A stretch of 64,000 nt of DNA from Candidatus Kaiserbacteria bacterium (GTDB lineage Bacteria; Patescibacteriota; Minisyncoccia; Phycocordibacterales; Phycocordibacteraceae): assembly GCA_027451665.1 (NCBI GenBank), contig DAIDIW010000001.1, forward strand, positions 159,773-223,772. Reading direction: 5' to 3'. Shown one piece after another: positions 46,335 through 56,585 of this stretch. A model generated the notes under the pieces. It was not told the DNA's origin and did no database searches. It worked only from the letters and a program-made list of their open reading frames with translations. How positions within the stretch are numbered: the stretch's first letter is position 1; every line of letters begins with the position of its first letter. A program made the position numbers and the translations under genes.

Positions 46335-47186
46335 ATGTCAGACCGGTCTATTGCGTGGGCAGGCGACGCGAAGCTCACTTTCGATGGCGCAGGCGTTCGA
46401 TTGAAACGCGGAATCGACGCGTCGATAGCGGCGCGCTTCGATCCGTTCCTCATGTTCGATGACTTCGGCTCGGACGTGCCGGAGCATTATCTCGCCGGAT
46501 TCCCCTGGCATCCGCACCGCGGTATGGAGACTGTTACCTATATATTGAACGGCACGGTGCGCCACCGCGATTCCCTGGGTAACGAGGGTGTTATCGGCGA
46601 CGGGAGTGTGCAGTGGATGACTGCGGGTTCGGGCATCATCCATGAGGAGATGCCGGAGAGCGTACGGGGCATCCGCGGCTTTCAGCTCTGGATAAATTTG
46701 CCGCGCGCGCAGAAGATGACGTCGCCGCGCTACCAAGATCTCGCCGGAAAGACGATTCCGGAGATCGGTATCGGCGCCGCGCGCGTGCGCGTCATAGCGG
46801 GCACGCTTATGGGCGTCCGCGGGGTGCTTGAGGCGATCGCCGGGAACCCGCTATACCTCGACATCACCTTCGATGTCGAAGGTACCGTGAGCGTGCCGAT
46901 ACCACCGGGCCACACCGCGTTCGCGTACGTGATCGAAGGCGCGGTAGGGCTGCCCGGGGAGGAGGCGCTCTACAGTCCGGGCCGCGTGCTCCTGTTCGAT
47001 ACGGATGGCACGCAGGTCGCGCTTCGAGCCGGTTTGCGCGGCGCGCGCGTTCTACTCATGGCCGGTGCGCCGCTCAACGAGCCGATCGCGTGGCATGGGC
47101 CCATCGTCATGAATACGGAGCAAGAACTTAAAGATGCCTTCCACGAGATCCAGGAAGGAACGTTCGTTCGCCATGCGCCGCGTTAG
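46335..47186 (+). CDS. Pirin family protein
   Basis: GFPWHPHRGMETVTY, QWMTAGSGIIHEE, GPIVMNT. Confidence 0.95.
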   Translation: MSDRSIAWAGDAKLTFDGAGVRLKRGIDASIAARFDPFLMFDDFGSDVPEHYLAGFPWHPHRGMETVTYILNGTVRHRDSLGNEGVIGDGSVQWMTAGSGIIHEEMPESVRGIRGFQLWINLPRAQKMTSPRYQDLAGKTIPEIGIGAARVRVIAGTLMGVRGVLEAIAGNPLYLDITFDVEGTVSVPIPPGHTAFAYVIEGAVGLPGEEALYSPGRVLLFDTDGTQVALRAGLRGARVLLMAGAPLNEPIAWHGPIVMNTEQELKDAFHEIQEGTFVRHAPR

Positions 47187-47244
47187 GCCCATACACAGGT
47201 GCGCACCCTAGGGAAGGCGCGGGATCACGGTATCATGCAGACAT

Positions 47245-48651
47245 ATGCGACCGGGCGAACCAATGCCGCCGAGGAAGACCAACGCGCTCGGCACGGAAGT
47301 AGAGCGCTCGTTCGAAGCGCCCGCGCGAGCTCTTGAAGAGGGCGTCGAACTCGCGGTGCGCGGCGAGAAGCGTTTGATCGGCAAAAAGCCGTTCCGACTC
47401 GCGGAAGAATACTGGGCGAATCTCGGGCCCGGTCTCGTGACGGGCGCCTCTGACGATGATCCATCCGGCATCGGCACCTATTCGCAGGCTGGCGCGCAGT
47501 ACGGCTTCAGGCTCATTTGGCTCTCGCTCTTCATGTATCCGTTCATGTCGACGGTCCAGGAGATGTGCGCGCGTATCGGACTCGTCTCCGGCAGAGGGCT
47601 TGCGGCGAACATCCGCGCGCATTTTCCGAGGCGCGCGCTCTACCTCGCGACCTTCCTTCTTTTCTTCGCGAATACACTAAACATAGCGGCGGACTTGGGC
47701 GCGATGGCCGCCTCGACACGCCTTCTCCTTCCGGGCGCGCATCTCGAACTTCTCGTCATCTTTTTTGCTCTTATCTCGCTCCTTCTGCAGATCTTCACGA
47801 CTTACGCGCGCTACGCGAAGCTTCTCAAGTATCTCGCGCTCGCACTCCTCTCCTATGTATTCGTTGCCTTCATCGTCGTACACGACTGGGGGCAGGTGTT
47901 TGCACATCTCATCGTCCCGTCACTCACGTTCACAAAGGGCGAGATATTCCTCGTCGCGGCTATCCTCGGTACCACTATCTCGCCGTATCTTTTCTTCTGG
48001 CAAACCTCCCAGGAGGTGGAAGAGGGCATCCTCCACGGTGAGACGAGCATCGCGAAACGTCGCCATGACATATCGCCGCAGGGCATCGGCCGCATGCGGG
48101 TAGATGTTTGGAGCGGTATGCTCGTCTCCGAAGTGATTGCCTTCTTTATCTTCGCCGCCTGCGCCGGGACGCTCTTCGCTGCAGGCAATACGCACATCGC
48201 CACTGCCGCACAGGCGGCGGCGGCGCTGAAGCCGTTCGGCGAGCTCGCATACCTCGTCTTCGCGCTCGGTATCGTTGGTACTGGCCTTCTCGCCATTCCC
48301 GTCCTCGCAGGCTCGACCGCCTATGCAATCGCGGAATCCCTCGGATGGAAGTACGGCCTCTACCGGAAGCTGAAGCAAGCCTATGCCTTCTATGGCGTCA
48401 TCATCATCTCTATGGCCGTCGGCGTCATCGCGAATTTCATGCATCTCGATCCCATCCGCGGTCTCATCTGGGCGGCGGTCGCAAACGGCGTGATCGCGCC
48501 GGTCATACTCTTCTTTGTCGTGAAGCTCTCCGGCGATCGCCGGGTCATGGGCGGCTACACGAACGGGGCCCTCGCAAACGCAATCGGTTGGCTCACCGTC
48601 TTTCTCATGGGGCTTTCCGGCGTCGCGGCCATCGTCTCCCTATTCTGGTAG
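47245..48651 (+). CDS. NRAMP-family divalent metal transporter
   Basis: GPGLVTGASDDDPSGIGTYSQAG; GTTISPYLFFWQ. Confidence 0.9.
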   Translation: MRPGEPMPPRKTNALGTEVERSFEAPARALEEGVELAVRGEKRLIGKKPFRLAEEYWANLGPGLVTGASDDDPSGIGTYSQAGAQYGFRLIWLSLFMYPFMSTVQEMCARIGLVSGRGLAANIRAHFPRRALYLATFLLFFANTLNIAADLGAMAASTRLLLPGAHLELLVIFFALISLLLQIFTTYARYAKLLKYLALALLSYVFVAFIVVHDWGQVFAHLIVPSLTFTKGEIFLVAAILGTTISPYLFFWQTSQEVEEGILHGETSIAKRRHDISPQGIGRMRVDVWSGMLVSEVIAFFIFAACAGTLFAAGNTHIATAAQAAAALKPFGELAYLVFALGIVGTGLLAIPVLAGSTAYAIAESLGWKYGLYRKLKQAYAFYGVIIISMAVGVIANFMHLDPIRGLIWAAVANGVIAPVILFFVVKLSGDRRVMGGYTNGALANAIGWLTVFLMGLSGVAAIVSLFW

Positions 48652-48653
48652 CT

Positions 48654-49172
48654 ATGCGTCCTAAGACGGTACTTGTGAACGACCGCATGCAACGTGGCTA
48701 TCGCTATACGCTAGCCGCGCCGGAAGGGAAACACTTTGATCCGCGATTCAAGCCGCAGTTGACTCCCAAACAGATGCTTGCTCTCGGCGTCTTCGGGGGC
48801 GTCTACCTGCGCGACTGTACGAAGGAATTCCCGAAGGACTGGTTCACGAAAGCGAGGTTCCAGAAGGCGGGCACGTACGCTCAAGACCCACGCTTAAATT
48901 ATTTCGGGATGCGCGCTTCCGAGCCGCTTGCGATCTGGCGCAAGAAGGGATGGATCCATCCGCAGGATCCGCGCGGTTGGTTCCAATGGTACTGCCGTTA
49001 CTACCGCGGGCGCCGGACCCCGGAAGAGGATGACCGGCAGATCCGGCGCTGGCTCAACATGAAACGGCACGTTCTCCAGTTGAAAGCCCATTGCCGTGCG
49101 GGCGACGAAACCTGCGAGCCGCGTCGCCGGCAGGCGCTCCTCCATTGGGCCTACGACTCCCGGACGCTTTGA
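48654..49172 (+). CDS. Conserved-looking hypothetical protein
   Basis: LTPKQML.LGVFGG, DPRGWFQWYCRYY, RQALLHWAYD; ATG 3 nt after NRAMP stop. Confidence 0.75.
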   Translation: MRPKTVLVNDRMQRGYRYTLAAPEGKHFDPRFKPQLTPKQMLALGVFGGVYLRDCTKEFPKDWFTKARFQKAGTYAQDPRLNYFGMRASEPLAIWRKKGWIHPQDPRGWFQWYCRYYRGRRTPEEDDRQIRRWLNMKRHVLQLKAHCRAGDETCEPRRRQALLHWAYDSRTL

Positions 49173-49243
49173 GTCGTGAGGACTCGAGGCTCGCGCGTAT
49201 CCACCCCGGGGTGCAAATGGCCGTATGCTACAATCGCTCGGTC

Positions 49244-49747
49244 ATGAACGAACTCTACGCTTTCACTGTACCCGTATTCACCAAGTCGCTCGGCGGCTTG
49301 CGCCGCGTCCTCGAGAAGGCGAAGACGCACGGCCTTTCCGACGAGACGCTCCTGAACGACCGTCTCGCGCCCGATATGTTCCCGTTCGCGAAGCAAGTGC
49401 AGGTGGCTTGCGATAACGCGAAGGGCGCCACGGCACGGCTCGCGGGGATCGAGGCACCCGTATTCCCCGACGAGGAGTCGACGCTCGACGCGCTCATTGC
49501 GCGCGTAGATGCGACGCTCGCGTTTCTCGCGACGGTCGAGGACGCGTCCTACCAGGGTGCGGCAGATCGGCGGGTGACGTTGCCATATTTCCCCGATAAA
49601 TACATGACGGGATACGATTACACGCGCGAATATGCGTTGCCGAACTTCTTCTTCCATGTCGCCATGGCATATGCGATCGTGCGTAAAAACGGCGTTGCGA
49701 TTGGTAAGGCAGACTACATAAACGGCATGCCGCTCAAGGACGCCTGA
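49244..49747 (+). CDS. DUF1993 (DinB-like) protein
   Basis: RLAPDMFPF..QV, LPNFFFH..AYAI.R..GV.IGK.DY. Confidence 0.88.
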   Translation: MNELYAFTVPVFTKSLGGLRRVLEKAKTHGLSDETLLNDRLAPDMFPFAKQVQVACDNAKGATARLAGIEAPVFPDEESTLDALIARVDATLAFLATVEDASYQGAADRRVTLPYFPDKYMTGYDYTREYALPNFFFHVAMAYAIVRKNGVAIGKADYINGMPLKDA

Positions 49748-49748
49748 T

Positions 49749-50525
49749 ATGGATGCGCTCGCGCTTAAGGCCACCGATCTTCGGAAGACATACGCCGACG
49801 GCACCGCAGCGCTCAAAGGCGTCACCCTTGAAGTACCAAAGGGCGATTTCTTCGCGCTCCTCGGCCCGAACGGCGCCGGGAAGAGCACGCTCATCGGGAT
49901 CGCGACGGGGCTTGTTATACCGACGGGCGGCGCGCTCTCGATTTTCGGCGTCGACGCATTCGCGCGGCCAGAGCACGCGCGCCGGCCGGTGGGGGTTGTT
50001 CCGCAGAATCTGAATGTCCATCCGTTCGAGAAGGTCATCGATATCGTCGTCAATCAGGCGGGCTATTACGGCATTCCGCGCCCCGTCGCGCTGCCGCGCG
50101 CCGACCTCATCTTGAAAGACATCGGCCTTGCCGATAAGCGCGAAAACGTCGCGCGCGAACTGTCCGGCGGCATGCAGCGTCGGCTCATGATTGCGCGCGC
50201 CCTCGTGCATGAACCCGAGTTCCTCTTCCTCGATGAACCGACTGCGGGCGTCGACGTGGAGAGCCGCCGCGCCATGTGGACGTATCTGAAGACGCTCACT
50301 GCCAAGGGCGTGACCATACTCCTCACGACCCATTATCTCGAGGAAGCGGAGCAGCTCGCAAAACATGTGGCCGTCATAAATCACGGCACGATCGTCGCGC
50401 AGGGCACGCTCGATGAAATGCTTGCCATGGCCGACGGCCATACGCCCGAAGGCGAGGCATTCCGCGGCGGCAAGCTCGAAGAGGTCTACCTCAAACTTAC
50501 CAAGCAAACGCCTGAACAGCACTAG
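49749..50525 (+). CDS. ABC transporter ATP-binding protein (YadG-like)
   Basis: GPNGAGKST, LSGGMQRR, DEPTAGVD. Confidence 0.9.
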   Translation: MDALALKATDLRKTYADGTAALKGVTLEVPKGDFFALLGPNGAGKSTLIGIATGLVIPTGGALSIFGVDAFARPEHARRPVGVVPQNLNVHPFEKVIDIVVNQAGYYGIPRPVALPRADLILKDIGLADKRENVARELSGGMQRRLMIARALVHEPEFLFLDEPTAGVDVESRRAMWTYLKTLTAKGVTILLTTHYLEEAEQLAKHVAVINHGTIVAQGTLDEMLAMADGHTPEGEAFRGGKLEEVYLKLTKQTPEQH

Positions 50526-50526
50526 C

Positions 50527-51303
50527 ATGACTGCTTACGAGAAATGGGTCGCGTACTACACCATCATCCGCAAGGAAGTTGTGCGGCTGCTGCGCATCTG
50601 GCCGCAGACATTTCTGCCGTCCCTCGTCACCTCAACGCTCTATTTCCTCATATTCGGCGCCTTCCTTGGCAGCCGTATCGGCCTCGTGCACGGCGTGCCG
50701 TATATCATGTTCGTGGTGCCCGGTCTTGTGATGCTCTCGGTCGTAATGAACTCCTACATGAACACCTCGTTCGTGATGTTCCAGTCAAAATTCTTCATGC
50801 GCACCATCGACGAGATACTCGTCTCGCCGACGCCGCCGTGGGTGCTTATTGCCGGGTATATATCGGGTGGCCTCATTCGCGGCATCGTGACCGGCATCCT
50901 CGTCCTTCTCGTGGCGCTCTTCTTCACGCATCTTGTCATCCACTCGGTGCTCATCATCGTGCTCTTCCTGTTGCTGTCATCACTCGTTTTCGCGCTCGCG
51001 GGACTCGTGAACGGCATATACGCGAAGTCAATGGATGCGGTCAACATCGTCCCCACCTTCGTGCTCCAGCCGCTCGTGTACCTGGGCGGCATCTTCTACT
51101 CGACGTCCTCATTGCCGCCGTTCTGGGCGTCGCTCACGAGATTTGATCCTCTCTTTTATATCATCAACGGCTTCCGCTACGGATTCCTCGGCATCTCGGA
51201 TATCGCATTATGGATCTCCTTTGCCGTGCTCGCCGGACTCGTCTTCGTGCTCGCTGCCATGAATCTCTATCTTCTAAAAAGGGGACTCGGTCTGAAGCAG
51301 TAG
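50527..51303 (+). CDS. ABC-2 permease (YadH-like)
   Basis: RIWPQT, YIMFVVPGL, YLGGIFYS, INGFRYGFLG. Confidence 0.9.
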   Translation: MTAYEKWVAYYTIIRKEVVRLLRIWPQTFLPSLVTSTLYFLIFGAFLGSRIGLVHGVPYIMFVVPGLVMLSVVMNSYMNTSFVMFQSKFFMRTIDEILVSPTPPWVLIAGYISGGLIRGIVTGILVLLVALFFTHLVIHSVLIIVLFLLLSSLVFALAGLVNGIYAKSMDAVNIVPTFVLQPLVYLGGIFYSTSSLPPFWASLTRFDPLFYIINGFRYGFLGISDIALWISFAVLAGLVFVLAAMNLYLLKRGLGLKQ

Positions 51304-51387
51304 GACAACGCAGGGCGTCCCTGTCCCCATGGTGCGTTCATCCTCACAGGGGTAGTATGAACGCATACTCGTTTAACCAGCTTGCAC

Positions 51388-52290
51388 ATGCGGAATGGAC
51401 CACTCCTCGGCGGGCTCGTGATCGTAGTTATTGCGGTCGGTCTCGCCCTTTACTTCACGTACGATACGACTGCACCCCGGCCGGGCAGCGTCGCTTCGAG
51501 CACGCCGGTTGCGAATACCGTCACCTTCTACTGCGGCAACGGCAACACGATGCAAGGCACGTTCGCTGCGAACACGCTTACGCTTACGCTCGACAACGGG
51601 CAGCGCCTCACGCTGCCGCAGGTGCGCTCAGGCTCCGGCATCCGGTACGAATCCACCTCGACCGGCGCCGACCTGGTCTTTATCGGCAAGGGTGATTACG
51701 GTTCATTCACGAACGCCGCCTCGACGACCGACGTACGGTATGCCGATTGCACTGCAGCGAACGTGACGCCGACTGCGATTGCCGGGTATGAGCAGTACGA
51801 GAACACGGCGAAGACTTTTGCGTTTACCTTTCCGTCGGCCTTTAGCGTCGCCGGGATTCAACCGGGATACGGACCGAACTGGTCCGCCCCGGCGACGACT
51901 ACCGGCATGGTGCTCGCTAAGGTGACCGTGCCTCAGAGCTTTGAGCCGGGCACGAACTTCGGCGACGCATGGTTCACGGTCGGCGTATCGAGCGTCCCGC
52001 AGGCGGTAACCGACTGTACGAAGAATCTTGAAGGCCGGCAGTCCACCTCGACGCCGGTCACGATAAACGGCACGACGTACCAGAAGCTCCTCTTCACGGG
52101 CGTCGGTGCAGGCAATATCTACGACACGACGAGCTATCGCACGGTGAAGGATAATGAATGCTACGCGATCGAATACACCATCCACTACGGGAACATCCAC
52201 AACTACCCGCCTGGGAAGGTATCGGCGTTCAACGAGCAGAAGGTCGCGACCGTGCTCGACGCGATCGTGCAAAGTTTCCGTTTCCAATAG
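51388..52290 (+). CDS. Membrane-anchored protein with MliC-like lysozyme-inhibitor domain
   Basis: TM; FYC..LTLPQVRSGSGIRY..VFIGKG (SGSGxRY and KG motifs); additional C-terminal domain. Confidence 0.75.
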   Translation: MRNGPLLGGLVIVVIAVGLALYFTYDTTAPRPGSVASSTPVANTVTFYCGNGNTMQGTFAANTLTLTLDNGQRLTLPQVRSGSGIRYESTSTGADLVFIGKGDYGSFTNAASTTDVRYADCTAANVTPTAIAGYEQYENTAKTFAFTFPSAFSVAGIQPGYGPNWSAPATTTGMVLAKVTVPQSFEPGTNFGDAWFTVGVSSVPQAVTDCTKNLEGRQSTSTPVTINGTTYQKLLFTGVGAGNIYDTTSYRTVKDNECYAIEYTIHYGNIHNYPPGKVSAFNEQKVATVLDAIVQSFRFQ

Positions 52291-52378
52291 ACTGCGTGCA
52301 CGCAGATACGCGCAGCATTGACTTCGTCAAGGCTGCGCGTATGCTCGCGACAGAGGTAAACACAGAAGGAGAGAAACG

Positions 52379-52657
52379 ATGAACATTTCTGCGGATACAG
52401 AGCTACGTTCAGCCATTGCACAGGCGAAGACCGGACGCGCGGTACTTGGCGGCGATGAGAAAACCTTCGAGCGCCTCTGTTCAACCTGGAACATTCGGAC
52501 GATCGGCCATCTTGCGGATAAGAACCGCATAAATATGCGCGTATTGCGGCAAGTGCGCTTGTCGCATGAAAGGCCGGAGGCGCTTAAGGAGGCTATGGCA
52601 TTCGGCCGGACGCTCCTTGAGTGGTTTGGCTGCCCCGCAGACCATCTTCAAGATTGA
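52379..52657 (+). CDS. Hypothetical protein
   Basis: AAGGAG SD before ATG; 92 aa. Confidence 0.5.
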   Translation: MNISADTELRSAIAQAKTGRAVLGGDEKTFERLCSTWNIRTIGHLADKNRINMRVLRQVRLSHERPEALKEAMAFGRTLLEWFGCPADHLQD

Positions 52658-52793
52658 GCGGAACGACCCAACCGGGCGCGGGAACCTGCATTGCAGGAAC
52701 CCGTGCCTTTTAGATTCATTGCAACGCGTCTTCAAGTGTTGTACAGTGCGAGTATCAGCCGCGAGGCTTTTCCGCCCGCGGCGGCTTATTTTT

Positions 52794-54581
52794 ATGGAAA
52801 TCAGGAATATCGCCATCATTGCGCACGTTGACCACGGCAAGACCACCTTGACTGACGCCATATTGAAGCAGTGTGGTATCGAGGCCGCGTCGATGGATTC
52901 GAACAAGCTCGAACAGGAACGCGGCATCACGATCTACGCGAAGAATGCGGCAGTGGAATACAAGGGTACGAAGCTCAACATAGTCGATACGCCCGGACAC
53001 GCGGACTTCGGCTCCGAAGTCGAGCGCGTGCTGCGTTCTATCGATGACGTGCTCCTTATTGTGGACGCTGCCGAGGGTCCCATGCCGCAGACCCGCTTCG
53101 TGCTCAAGAAATCGCTCGAACTCGGAATGAAGCCGATTGTGGTGCTAAATAAGATAGACAAGCCCGCGGCGAATCCTGCGCGCGCGGAGGAACAGGTGCT
53201 CGAGCTCTTCCTTGAGCTCGGGGCCACCGACGAGCAGAGCGACTTCACGACTGTCTATGCGATCGGCCGGGACGGCGTTGCGATGAAGCATCTGGATGAC
53301 GAACGCAAGGATCTCTCGCCCTTGCTCGATACGATTCTCGAGAAGGTTCCGCCAGCGAACGAGGGTCGATCTGCCGAGACGGCGCTCATGCTCCAGCCGT
53401 TCAATCTCGCGTACGACAACTTCCTTGGTCGCCTTGCGGTGGGACGCATCTACGATGGTACCGTCAAGCCGAATCAGAACGTCATCGTGAAGAAGCCGGA
53501 TGGCGTCAGCCGCACGGGACGCACAACGAAGGTATTTACCTTCCACGGCCTCGATCGCGTCGAGACGGACGCGGCCATGGCGGGCGACATCGTGCTCATC
53601 GCCGGTCTGCCAGATATTTTCATCGGTGAGACGGTGACGACTGATGAGCAAGCGACGCCACTGCCGGCGATCGCGGTCGACGAGCCTACCATCAAGCTCA
53701 ATTTCTTGGTGAATAACTCGCCGTTTGCCGGACGCGAAGGGAAGTTTGTGACCTCGCGCCAGATCCGCGACCGCCTTGAGAAGGAGCTCGAGGTGAATGT
53801 GGGGCTCCGCGTCGATTTCTCGCAGACGGATCAGTTCGCGGTTTCAGGCCGCGGCGAGCTCCATATCGCGGTGCTCCTCGAGCAGATGCGCCGCGAAGGA
53901 TACGAGCTCCAGGTCTCGCGGCCGGAAGTCATCATCCGCGAAGAAGGCGGACAACGGCTCGAGCCATACGAGGAAGCGATCATCGACACGCCGTCGGAAT
54001 TCCAGGGAGCAATCATCGAGAAGCTTGGCGTTCGCGGTTTCCAAATGACGGACATGAAGATCGAAGGTGGCGGCGTCCGCATCTCGCTCGAAGGTCCGAC
54101 GCGCGGACTCCTAGGCTACAAGAATCAATTCATCATCGACACGAAGGGCGAAGGCATCCTATCCTCGCGCTTCATCGGCTTCCGTCCGTACTACCGCGGC
54201 GAGATCAAGAAGCGCCAGGTGGGATCCATGATCTCAATGGCGACCGGCAAAGCGCTCGGCTACTCGCTTTGGAATCTCCAAGATCGCGGCGCGCTCTACA
54301 TTACGCCCGCGACCGACATATACGAAGGCATGGTCATCGGCAATACGAGCAAGGGCGAGGAGATGATGGTGAATCCTACGAAGAACAAGAACCTTACGAA
54401 CGTGCGTGCGAGCGGCACCGATGAGGCGATCGACCTAGTTCCGGTCACCCCGCTTACGATTGAGCGCGGGCTCGAGATCATGGCAGATGATGAGTATCTC
54501 GAAATAACACCCATGAGCGTGCGCTTGCGCAAACAGTTCCTCACGGAACAGGAACGCGCGAAAGCGCGCCGCAGTTCGTAG
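52794..54581 (+). CDS. typA: Translational GTPase TypA/BipA
   Basis: IAHVDHGKTT, ERGITI, DTPGHADF, NKID, EYLEITP..RLRK. Confidence 0.96.
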   Translation: MEIRNIAIIAHVDHGKTTLTDAILKQCGIEAASMDSNKLEQERGITIYAKNAAVEYKGTKLNIVDTPGHADFGSEVERVLRSIDDVLLIVDAAEGPMPQTRFVLKKSLELGMKPIVVLNKIDKPAANPARAEEQVLELFLELGATDEQSDFTTVYAIGRDGVAMKHLDDERKDLSPLLDTILEKVPPANEGRSAETALMLQPFNLAYDNFLGRLAVGRIYDGTVKPNQNVIVKKPDGVSRTGRTTKVFTFHGLDRVETDAAMAGDIVLIAGLPDIFIGETVTTDEQATPLPAIAVDEPTIKLNFLVNNSPFAGREGKFVTSRQIRDRLEKELEVNVGLRVDFSQTDQFAVSGRGELHIAVLLEQMRREGYELQVSRPEVIIREEGGQRLEPYEEAIIDTPSEFQGAIIEKLGVRGFQMTDMKIEGGGVRISLEGPTRGLLGYKNQFIIDTKGEGILSSRFIGFRPYYRGEIKKRQVGSMISMATGKALGYSLWNLQDRGALYITPATDIYEGMVIGNTSKGEEMMVNPTKNKNLTNVRASGTDEAIDLVPVTPLTIERGLEIMADDEYLEITPMSVRLRKQFLTEQERAKARRSS

Positions 54582-54655
54582 GCCATCCGCGCCGCTGCGC
54601 GAGAGTGTGCTTTTCCGCATAGACTTTTCGCACGAGGAGGCGTACGGTCATTCAT

Positions 54656-55771
54656 ATGGCAGATGCGCGCACCGTACTCGAGGGATTGCTCGAAAAAGCA
54701 GACATCCGGATTGGCGGCGGCCGCCCGGGAGACCTCATCGTGCACAATGATCGCGTCTATGCGCGGATCCTGCGGCAGGGTTCGCTCGGGCTCGGCGAGT
54801 CCTATATGGACGGATGGTGGGATTCTGACGCGATAGACGAAACCATCGCGAAGATACTGCGCGCGGAGCTTCAGAAGCATGTGCAGTTCAATTGGGCGAC
54901 AATCTGGCCTGTCGTAAAGGCGTTCCTTTTCAATCTGCAGTCTTCCTCGCGCGCTAGAATCGTGGGCGAGCAGCATTACGATATCGGCAACGACCTCTAC
55001 GCGAAGATGCTCGACAAGCGGATGGTCTATACCTGCGGCTACTGGAAGGCGGCGGACAATCTCGATGACGCGCAGGAAGCGAAGCTCGACCTCATCTGCC
55101 GGAAGGTCGGGCTCAAGGCGGGGGATCGTGTGCTCGATATCGGCTGCGGATGGGGAAGCTTCCTCAAGTATGCGGCCGAGAGATACGGCGTTTCAGGCGT
55201 CGGCATCACGGTTTCGCAAGAGCAGGCGAAACTCGCACGCGAGAACTGCAAGGGATTGCCCATCGAGATCCGCGTCCAGGATTATCGCTCGGTCAATGAG
55301 AAGTTCGATCACCTCGTCTCGATCGGCATGTTCGAGCACGTGGGTTATAAGAATTACCGCGCCTATTTCGAGATGGCGCGACGCTGTTTGAAGGATGATG
55401 GCCTCTTCCTGCTCCATTCGATCGGCGGCAACAGAAGCGTGCATGATGCCGATCCGTGGATCAACCGGTACATATTCCCGAACGGGATGCTCCCCTCTAT
55501 CGCGCAGGTCGGGAAGGCGATTCAGACGCTCTTCGTCATGGAAGACTGGCATAATTTCGGGCCGTACTACGATAAGACGCTCATGGCATGGCACAAGAAT
55601 TTCGAGAAGGCGTGGCCGGAACTGCGGGAAAAATATGACGACCGGTTCTATCGTATGTGGCGTTATTATCTCCTCATCTGCGCGGGTACCTTCCGCGCGC
55701 GGCACGCCGAGCTCTGGCAAATCGTGCTGTCACCGACCGGCGTGCCCGGCGGATACGCGAGCATACGGTGA
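54656..55771 (+). CDS. cfa: Cyclopropane-fatty-acyl-phospholipid synthase
   Basis: GSLGLGESYMDGWW, HYDIGNDLY, LDIGCGWG, SIGMFEHVG. Confidence 0.95.
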   Translation: MADARTVLEGLLEKADIRIGGGRPGDLIVHNDRVYARILRQGSLGLGESYMDGWWDSDAIDETIAKILRAELQKHVQFNWATIWPVVKAFLFNLQSSSRARIVGEQHYDIGNDLYAKMLDKRMVYTCGYWKAADNLDDAQEAKLDLICRKVGLKAGDRVLDIGCGWGSFLKYAAERYGVSGVGITVSQEQAKLARENCKGLPIEIRVQDYRSVNEKFDHLVSIGMFEHVGYKNYRAYFEMARRCLKDDGLFLLHSIGGNRSVHDADPWINRYIFPNGMLPSIAQVGKAIQTLFVMEDWHNFGPYYDKTLMAWHKNFEKAWPELREKYDDRFYRMWRYYLLICAGTFRARHAELWQIVLSPTGVPGGYASIR

Positions 55772-55875
55772 GCGCCTACCGAGTGGGATCTATTGACGAC
55801 CGGCGCCCTCGGTCCTACTTTTAGACGCAGGAAGGATACGGAATCATTCCGATCCCAGAGGAACAGGAGGCGCAC

Positions 55876-56574
55876 ATGACGCTCACTTGGGCTTGTGTTC
55901 TTTGCAGTATCTTCGCGCTTTCTGTCGTCGGCGCGCACGCGGCGGGACCGAAGGTTTCGTTCGATTCAGGTCTCTCGACGGACACCGTGAGGCTCGGCCC
56001 GCGCATCGTAGTGCACCCGGCCACCGTGCTTTCAAATCTGCGGCTCACCTACGGTTCCGGCCTCTACCTGCGCGAGGACTCGCGCTTCGGCGCGTCAGGG
56101 TCGGAAGCGGAGTTGGGTGTCGGGTTTGCAGGGGCTTGTTTTGACGGCTTCACCTGCGACGCTGATTCGGTCGTACAGGCTTTCCAGAGTGACGGCCGCA
56201 GCAAGCTTGCGGTCTTCTCTGCGGATGTCCGTCGCGCCTTCGGGTTCGCGGGTGGCCACGTTTCCTTTGATGCGCGTCTGGCGGAGACGTTCGATCGTCT
56301 TGTCGATCGCAATCGGCGACTGCGTCTTGACGCAGCATATAGCAACAGCATGTACGGCGTTCCGGTGCGCCTGCGCATTGGAATGCATGAAAATCGCGCG
56401 GCTAAGCACGCGTATATGCCGATTACGCTTTCTGCAGATCTCGCGCACATCGTACAGCCGGATGATACGCGGCTCTCAATGTCGTTCGACGGAAGCGCGA
56501 TTACGCCGTATGCGTCACGTCTCCCGGAGAAGGAGATATATACCGTAGGCATACGGTTACGCTATTCTTGGTGA
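55876..56574 (+). CDS. Exported beta-strand-rich hypothetical protein
   Basis: AGGAGG SD; signal peptide; alternating strands; ends YTVGIRLRYSW. Confidence 0.6.
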   Translation: MTLTWACVLCSIFALSVVGAHAAGPKVSFDSGLSTDTVRLGPRIVVHPATVLSNLRLTYGSGLYLREDSRFGASGSEAELGVGFAGACFDGFTCDADSVVQAFQSDGRSKLAVFSADVRRAFGFAGGHVSFDARLAETFDRLVDRNRRLRLDAAYSNSMYGVPVRLRIGMHENRAAKHAYMPITLSADLAHIVQPDDTRLSMSFDGSAITPYASRLPEKEIYTVGIRLRYSW

Positions 56575-56585
56575 CTCGCCTCCGC

